The notes below the pieces were generated by a model. That model saw only the letters and a list, made by a program, of their open reading frames with translations. It was not told the DNA's origin and did not search any database. Shown here one piece after another: positions 58,445 to 64,000 of a stretch of DNA of 64,000 nt. This stretch comes from Treponemataceae bacterium (lineage in GTDB: Bacteria > Spirochaetota > Spirochaetia > Treponematales > Rectinemataceae): NCBI GenBank assembly GCA_963667725.2, contig CAXXHO010000003.1, positions 512,001 to 576,000 of the forward strand, written 5' to 3'. The position numbers and the translations under genes were made by a program. How positions within the stretch are numbered: the first letter of the stretch is position 1; the number at the start of each line of letters is the position of its first letter.

Positions 58445-59161
58445 TCAGTCCGTCGGGCCGGATTTTTTCACTTTGCGGACGACAATGCGCTTGACCGGCT
58501 TGTCCGCGCCGCGGGAAGCCGTGGCAGGGCCTTTGCTGCCCGGGCGTTCGGTGTATCGTCCCGCCGAGGACAGGGGTTTGCCCGATGAGGCGGCCGAGCG
58601 GCCGGAAGCTGCGCCCGAACGGGGCGAAGCGGTGAAGGTGCGACCCGCGGAAGCGCCCGAGCGGGGCGAGGCGGTGAAGGTTCGGCCGGCCGGAGCTCCC
58701 GTCCTTTCGGAAGGGGAACTGGTCCTGCCGGAGGGGCCGCCCGCGCGCACAACGGCTCTTCTCGCCGGTTTGTGGTCCGAATCGCCATGTTCGCGGTAGG
58801 ATGAAGATCTGCCTTCGCGGGGACTGTCGAACTCGCGGCGAGGTCTGGATTCCGAACTCCTGCGCGCGGGGCGCTTTCCTTCGTCCTCGTCGTCCGAGCG
58901 GTTGTACGCAGTCGGATCCGGGGCTACCTTGATACCTGTCTTGTCTATGAATTTAAGCGCCGATTGGAGGGATTTCAGGAATTCCTCCATATGTTCGCCG
59001 AACACCACGATGGAACGCCTGTCGAAGCTTTCACCTTCGCTGGGCTTGCTCTCGACGATGCTCAGGAACACGTCGCCGTTCCTGTTCTGTTTGACGTTGA
59101 AAAAATACGTCCTGCCATCGCAGGCGAATCTCGTCGAAAAAAGCTCTCCGCGAATACCCAT
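58445..59161 (-). CDS. DUF3276/PUR-like nucleic-acid-binding protein with low-complexity tail
   Basis: RTYFFNVKQNRNGDVFLSIVESK...RRSIVVF. Confidence 0.8.
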   Translation of the reverse strand: MGIRGELFSTRFACDGRTYFFNVKQNRNGDVFLSIVESKPSEGESFDRRSIVVFGEHMEEFLKSLQSALKFIDKTGIKVAPDPTAYNRSDDEDEGKRPARRSSESRPRREFDSPREGRSSSYREHGDSDHKPARRAVVRAGGPSGRTSSPSERTGAPAGRTFTASPRSGASAGRTFTASPRSGAASGRSAASSGKPLSSAGRYTERPGSKGPATASRGADKPVKRIVVRKVKKSGPTD

Positions 59162-59242
59162 CCCTAACTCCTCTTGTAAGCAGCGTTCCATACTACACGA
59201 AAGTCCGGGTTTTGCACAAGCCGCGGAGCCTTCGCGGGCTTC

Positions 59243-61192
59243 TTAGCGGTCGGCGGCGCGTACCATGCCCACGTGCCATGAGAGGAAGTAATCCTCGTCG
59301 GCCAGACCGCCGCCCTCCACGTCGGCCATGACCCTGAAAACAGGTTCCGTGCCCGAGCCGCGCATCCAGAGGAAAGCCTTGGGCGCTCCCGCCGCCGTCG
59401 AGAAGACGATGCGCAGGCCTCCCTGCCCCGAGGCGGCGAAATCGTCGCCTATCGCCTTTTCGACGGTGCCGTTGGACGCGAAGGCTGTCCAGGACGTGAT
59501 GCCATAGCGACGATCTAGTTCGGATTTGCGTTTTTCCCATTCAGAGGAGAATATGTCCCGGTAGCTGGCCTTGAGGGCTATCTTATCGGAAGTTCGAACG
59601 TGCAGCGCCGCCCTCTCCTCGAAGACGCTCGTCGTGGCCCATACCGGCAGGCTCGCGATGACATCGGCGAGGTCATAATCGTCCCTGTATTCCGATTCCT
59701 TCCCGCAGGCCTTGAGCCAGAGGCGGAAAAGACCCGGGCTGTCCGGCAGGTCGGGGAGACGCAGGAGACGTATCATGGCGCCCAAGGTGGAGAGCGGGTC
59801 CCTCACCTTCGAAGGATGCGTTATCGTGCCCCCGTTCGATCCCTCGCCCAGGATGCGCACGGTCCAGCCCTCGCGGCGGAGATTCTCGGCGAGGTTCACG
59901 ACATTCGCCTCGCCCGTTTCCGATCTGAATACTGCGGCGCCGAAATAGCCGGCGATGCGTTCTATGCGCATGCTCGTCGCGTCGTTCACGACGACGGCGA
60001 TCCTACCCGATTTAAGCGCCGCGAGTTCGGCCAGGCAGGAGAGAGAGAATACTTCCTGGGCCTCAAGGATGCGCGCCTTTCCCTGGGCTTTGTCATAAAA
60101 GACAAGATTGCCTCGGTCGCCGTCGCAGTCGGGCACGTAACCCAGCTGGTACGCAGGATCTATGGCGTGGGCTTCGCCCACGAGGCGCATGCAGAGCGAA
60201 AGCGATCCGCCCTCGGGCACGATGCGGTGGCCGAAAAGTCTCGGCTGATCGTTGAAAAATTTCGTCCTGATCGACAGCCCCTCGAAGAAATCCCTGTCTA
60301 TGGAAAGCGACCTGGCCGAGCCGTTGAGTTCGGCGACGATGCCCAGGGGGCGCTTCGAGCAGGCATTGGCGAGCCGGTCCAGGCAATCGGCTTGATCTTC
60401 CATCGCCGATTCGCCCGTAACGACCTCATGGGTGAAAAGGGTATAGGCGGAGATGGACTGTCGTTTCCATGCCGTACATTCCTCGAAACAGGCGGCGACG
60501 GCTTCTTTCCTTGCTATCGATACCAGCGCGAGGGCCTCGCCCGAAGGATCGGGGGAAGCGACCGCTGCCTTGAAATCGGCGATGAGCGGGGTTATCTGGC
60601 TCGCGTTCAGGACGCCGCCCGTTCCAAGGCCGAATTTTACACCATTATGACCGGGAGGATTGTGGCTGGCTGATATGTAGGCGAATCCAGCGATCCTGCG
60701 GGGATCCTCGGCGGGCAGCCCGCCCGCGTTTCCCGCGAGCGCCATTATCTCCGGGACGGCAACGATGAAGCAGTAGCGCACCTCCATTCCCATACCCAGG
60801 AGGACGCGCGCGAAAATGTCGCCCAGGGCGGGGCCGGTAGGGCGGGAGTCGAGACCCAGGAGGACGGCAGGCTTCCCTCCGCCATGATTTTCCGTCGGCT
60901 GGCTCATGATGAAGTTGCCGAAGGCTCTCGCCATCAGCGCCGCGAGGACTGTGTCGGCCTTCGATATATGGATGGAGAGGGAGTCGTCGGCATCGTCGCC
61001 GGTCGACCATGAGGCTTGCGCGTCCCCGGCCAGAGGAGCCGCGAAGACTTTTCGCCAGCCCGATGCCGACAGTATCAGCGTCGAGGCGGCGCGTGCGATT
61101 TCGGCGCGGGAGGGCAGGCTCTTGGCGTCCAGAGGGAGAATGTCGGGATCTCCGATGTCGATACCCGTGGCGGGATGATATATCATGGACAC
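59243..61192 (-). CDS. Alpha-D-phosphohexomutase (phosphoglucomutase-like)
   Basis: SASHNP, DCDGDR, GEGSNG, RGSGTEP. Confidence 0.9.
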   Translation of the reverse strand: MSMIYHPATGIDIGDPDILPLDAKSLPSRAEIARAASTLILSASGWRKVFAAPLAGDAQASWSTGDDADDSLSIHISKADTVLAALMARAFGNFIMSQPTENHGGGKPAVLLGLDSRPTGPALGDIFARVLLGMGMEVRYCFIVAVPEIMALAGNAGGLPAEDPRRIAGFAYISASHNPPGHNGVKFGLGTGGVLNASQITPLIADFKAAVASPDPSGEALALVSIARKEAVAACFEECTAWKRQSISAYTLFTHEVVTGESAMEDQADCLDRLANACSKRPLGIVAELNGSARSLSIDRDFFEGLSIRTKFFNDQPRLFGHRIVPEGGSLSLCMRLVGEAHAIDPAYQLGYVPDCDGDRGNLVFYDKAQGKARILEAQEVFSLSCLAELAALKSGRIAVVVNDATSMRIERIAGYFGAAVFRSETGEANVVNLAENLRREGWTVRILGEGSNGGTITHPSKVRDPLSTLGAMIRLLRLPDLPDSPGLFRLWLKACGKESEYRDDYDLADVIASLPVWATTSVFEERAALHVRTSDKIALKASYRDIFSSEWEKRKSELDRRYGITSWTAFASNGTVEKAIGDDFAASGQGGLRIVFSTAAGAPKAFLWMRGSGTEPVFRVMADVEGGGLADEDYFLSWHVGMVRAADR

Positions 61193-61321
61193 GATGTCTC
61201 TCCTTATTGCCGCGGCGGCTTTTCCACCGCGCGTTGCATGTTTATCGCTAGTTTATTGCCAGTGCATTACCCGTTCATTGCCAGTATACGACAAGCATCA
61301 TCTAAAAATCCATAAAACGCA

Positions 61322-62422
61322 TTGCGCCCGCGTGAGCAAATCGATATCTTTTCGGGAGTGAACACCCTCAGCCTGTTGAAAAGCCTGGCCTCCGGATTCA
61401 TTCCGCTTCTCGCCTACATCGCGGCGGAACTCGTTTTCGGCGAGACAATAGGCCTCTTCGTGGGACTTGGCATCGGGATCCTCGAATTCATCATCTATTA
61501 TCTGAAGGAAAAGAAAGCCGACCTCTTCGTCGCCGCCGACACCCTGCTGCTGGCCGCCATGGGACTCCTCTCGCTTCTTCTGCGCAATCAGATATTCTTC
61601 CGCATGAAGCCGGCTATAATGGAAGGCTTCATGGCCATCGCCATGGTCTTCCTGCTCTTTCTGCCCCCAAAAGCGCTCCAAGGGTATATGAGCCATCAGA
61701 TCAAGGGAATTGTCCTGGACGAAGCCGGAATGCCGGCGCTCCGACGCAGCCTGGGCCTGATGGTGGCCGTGTTCGCGCTCCATGCCGGACTGACGGCTTG
61801 GGCGGCCTTGGCCGCCAGCACCGCCCTGTGGGGTTTCGTCTCCGGCGGCCTGCTCTATATCATGCTCGGCATAGCCCTGGCGGGTCAGTGGATGACGCTG
61901 CGCAGGCAGAAAAAAAACGCCCCCAGGCCCGCACCTTTGACCTGGTGCCTCCTTATCTTCGACGGGACGGGAAGCCTCTACGCGGGAAAAACCCCCGGGA
62001 ACGAAAGCCGATGGGACAGCCCCGCCAGAGGGAAAGCAGCCGGAGAAGCAGGCCTGGAGTCCAGTCTTGGACAGACGCTCGCCCGGCTGGGCATCAAAGC
62101 CGCGGGCGCGGACCATGCTTTTTCCATACGCCCCGCCTTCATCCTCGATGTTGCGGGAAAAATCTTGCCGATATCCGCGTCGCCGGAGCCGGGCGCCGAA
62201 TTGGTGCTCACCGCCGCGCTTCCGCTAGAAGCTTTCCCCAAAGGCATCGACCCGACCGAACGCAGACTCTGGCCTATTCCCGACCTCCTCGCTCTCGTCG
62301 CGACGAGCAAGCTGGCCGCTTCCTTTGAGCGGGAGCTCCTCGCGCTCTCCTTCCTGGGCAACCCTTTACGCGGCGAGGCCGGAGCAGGTATAGTGTCCGA
62401 TAATAATGATGCACATATTTAA
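61322..62422 (+). CDS. YciB/IspZ-like membrane domain fused to a degenerate NUDIX-like domain
   Basis: FFRMKPAI plus several TM helices; soluble C-terminal LLIFD.TG.LY...WD. Confidence 0.6.
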   Translation: MRPREQIDIFSGVNTLSLLKSLASGFIPLLAYIAAELVFGETIGLFVGLGIGILEFIIYYLKEKKADLFVAADTLLLAAMGLLSLLLRNQIFFRMKPAIMEGFMAIAMVFLLFLPPKALQGYMSHQIKGIVLDEAGMPALRRSLGLMVAVFALHAGLTAWAALAASTALWGFVSGGLLYIMLGIALAGQWMTLRRQKKNAPRPAPLTWCLLIFDGTGSLYAGKTPGNESRWDSPARGKAAGEAGLESSLGQTLARLGIKAAGADHAFSIRPAFILDVAGKILPISASPEPGAELVLTAALPLEAFPKGIDPTERRLWPIPDLLALVATSKLAASFERELLALSFLGNPLRGEAGAGIVSDNNDAHI

Positions 62423-63296
62423 CGCCCTGTTCTGGCTGCTGAGAGGAGTCAGGGTTTACGCGCTCGTAGGTTCGACAGGAACCGGAAAGAGCTTCAGGGC
62501 AAAGCTCGTGGCGCAGAAGTATGGCATCGAGATGATAATCGACGACGGGCTTCTCATCCGCGGCGACCAGCTCGTTGCCGGCAAATCGGCGAAAAAGGAA
62601 GCGCTGTATCTCGGCGCGGTCAAGACGGCGCTTTTTCACGAAAAGAATCACCGCGACCAAGTAGCCAAGGCGCTGCAGCGGGAGAAATTCCGCAAGATAC
62701 TCGTTATCGGCACCAGCGAGAAAATGGTAACCCGGATCTGCGAACGCCTTCAGATACCTCAGCCTTTTAAAATCATCAAAATCGAGGACATCGCGACAAA
62801 AGCCGAGATCGAAAAAGCCCTGCAGTCGCGCCAGATCGAAGGCAAGCACGTGATCCCAGTTCCCGCCCTCGAAATCCGCCGCAATTACCCATCCATATTT
62901 TACGACAGCGTCCGCGTCTTCCTGAAAAGAAGCTTTGGCGCCGGCGCTTCCCTGCCTAAAATCTATGAAAAGTCAGTAGTCAGGCCAGAGTACGCCAAGA
63001 GGGGTAGGGTGGCCATTTCCGAAGCAGCCCTTTCCCAGATGGTCGTCCATTGCGTGAGCGAATTCGATCAGTCGGTCCATGTGAAAAGGCTCGCGATCCG
63101 CGATGATTCCCAAGGGTATAGGATAACAGTCGTGCTGGAAGCGCCCTATGGAACGAAACTGGCGTCCAACGCCCATGCCCTGCAGGAATATATAGTAGAC
63201 AGCATCGAACGCTTTACGGGCATCCTCGTGGCTGAGGTCAACATCGTCATTGATCGGCTCACTCCAAGAAGAAAAGCTGATAAAACAAAAAAATAG
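62406..63296 (+). CDS. P-loop domain plus Asp23/Gls24-like C-terminal domain protein
   Basis: GSTGTGKS, IIDDGLLI, GKHVIPVP; LQEYIVDSIERFTG..VNIVI. Confidence 0.8.
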   Translation: MMHIFNALFWLLRGVRVYALVGSTGTGKSFRAKLVAQKYGIEMIIDDGLLIRGDQLVAGKSAKKEALYLGAVKTALFHEKNHRDQVAKALQREKFRKILVIGTSEKMVTRICERLQIPQPFKIIKIEDIATKAEIEKALQSRQIEGKHVIPVPALEIRRNYPSIFYDSVRVFLKRSFGAGASLPKIYEKSVVRPEYAKRGRVAISEAALSQMVVHCVSEFDQSVHVKRLAIRDDSQGYRITVVLEAPYGTKLASNAHALQEYIVDSIERFTGILVAEVNIVIDRLTPRRKADKTKK

Positions 63297-63423
63297 ATCG
63301 GTTTCCGCGGAGCCGAATGAAGTTCCTGGCGTATTGACGACGTCGAAAGAACTGTGTACTATTGGCTTTGTTGCGAGATGAATGAGCCTCATTGCGCATC
63401 AAACGTATCCAAGGAGAACCGTC

Positions 63424-63519
63424 GTGCCCTGTGGTAGAAAACGAAAGCTTAAGAAAATAGCGACGCATAAGAGAAAGAAGAAGAGAAGACTCAATAGACA
63501 CAAGACCAGAGTCTCCTGA
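63424..63519 (+). CDS. Small basic protein, bS22/AURKAIP1-COX24 (DUF1713)-like
   Basis: SD AAGGAG; GTG start; MPCGRKRKLKKIATHKRKKKRRLNRHKTRVS; below the ORF track size cutoff. Confidence 0.8.
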   Translation: MPCGRKRKLKKIATHKRKKKRRLNRHKTRVS

Positions 63520-63537
63520 CAATCGTTATTTTCATGG

Positions 63538-63567
63538 AAAAGCTGTCCTGACGGGCAGCTTTTTTTT
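63538..63567 (+). terminator. Rho-independent terminator
   Basis: AAAAGCTGTCC-tgac-GGGCAGCTTTTTTTT. Confidence 0.8.
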
Positions 63568-63675
63568 ATGCGGCGACCCGAGAGCGCCGCCAGACCGAAA
63601 GCCTTGTCCCGCGTGGCGCTATAGCCTTATAATCTTCATGAATCTCAATTCTTCAATGGAAGCAGGTGATTGCAT

Positions 63676-64000
63676 ATGAACGAACTCCTGAAAAAGATTT
63701 CCGATTTCGGCATCGTGCCCGTCGTAAAGCTGGATGAGGCGAAGGACGCCCTGCCGCTGGCGAAAGCCCTCTACGAAGGCGGCCTGCCCCTGGCCGAAAT
63801 CACTTTCCGCACATCGGCCGCCGAAGAAGCGATCCGCACGCTCAGCGCCCAGATGCCGGAAATGCTCGTCGGCGCCGGCACCGTCCTCACGCGGGAACAG
63901 GCCGACAAGGCCATCGCCGCCGGCGCGAAATTCATCGTTACGCCCGGCTTCAACAGGAAAGTAGTAGAGCACTGCCTGGCGAAAGGCGTTCCCATAGTAC
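63676..64000 (+). CDS. eda: KDPG/KHG aldolase (runs off window edge)
   Basis: MNELLKKISDFGIVPVV...GGLPLAEITFRT...VGAGTV...FIVTPG. Confidence 0.92.
   Translation, partial: MNELLKKISDFGIVPVVKLDEAKDALPLAKALYEGGLPLAEITFRTSAAEEAIRTLSAQMPEMLVGAGTVLTREQADKAIAAGAKFIVTPGFNRKVVEHCLAKGVPIV

Noticed and set aside
22539..64000. Many long alternative-frame and antisense ORFs (e.g. 43353..45113, 25607..26677, 56085..57260; extensions of recJ to 35318 and ORF 2303 to 3331)
   Set aside because: They are shadows of well-supported genes in GC-rich DNA and show no motifs.

Overview
The window has two parts. (A) 1 to ~22,200 is the right arm of a prophage or phage-like integrative element inserted at the 3' end of a host tRNA-Glu(CTC). 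It has a GC-rich early operon on the minus strand (ParB-like, RusA-like and HTH/excisionase-like genes, two atypical tRNA-like genes, an AbrB-like gene in the Cro position), a divergent CI/S24 repressor and a terminal tyrosine integrase. Between the repressor and the integrase lies a ~13 kb AT-rich block organised as an integron gene-cassette array: seven co-oriented cassettes separated by ~120-125 bp attC-type sites. In most cassettes the leading GTTRRRY is complementary to that cassette's own trailing RYYYAAC. No intI is present in the window. The cassettes look defence-oriented: a nucleotidyl-cyclase-like protein, a DUF6602-like nuclease, a TM-tailed protein, DUF4297-HerA, a two-gene pair sharing an amyloid/RHIM-like motif, an orphan, and a kinase/TIM-barrel-like/nuclease triad. 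An IS1634-family element interrupts one attC, and most other attC sites are decaying. (B) ~22,200-64,000 is GC-rich host chromosome, probably a free-living spirochaete (inferred from gene content). It holds tRNA-Glu/Gln, a sugar ABC/aldolase/ADP-ribosylglycohydrolase operon, recJ, pdp, recO, a nucleoside ABC transporter, pduL, upp, nudC, gltS, infA, a dksA-like gene, trxB, a GH3 hydrolase, rnhB, a phosphomutase, a small bS22-like ORF and eda. All family calls come from motif recognition by eye; no searches were run.
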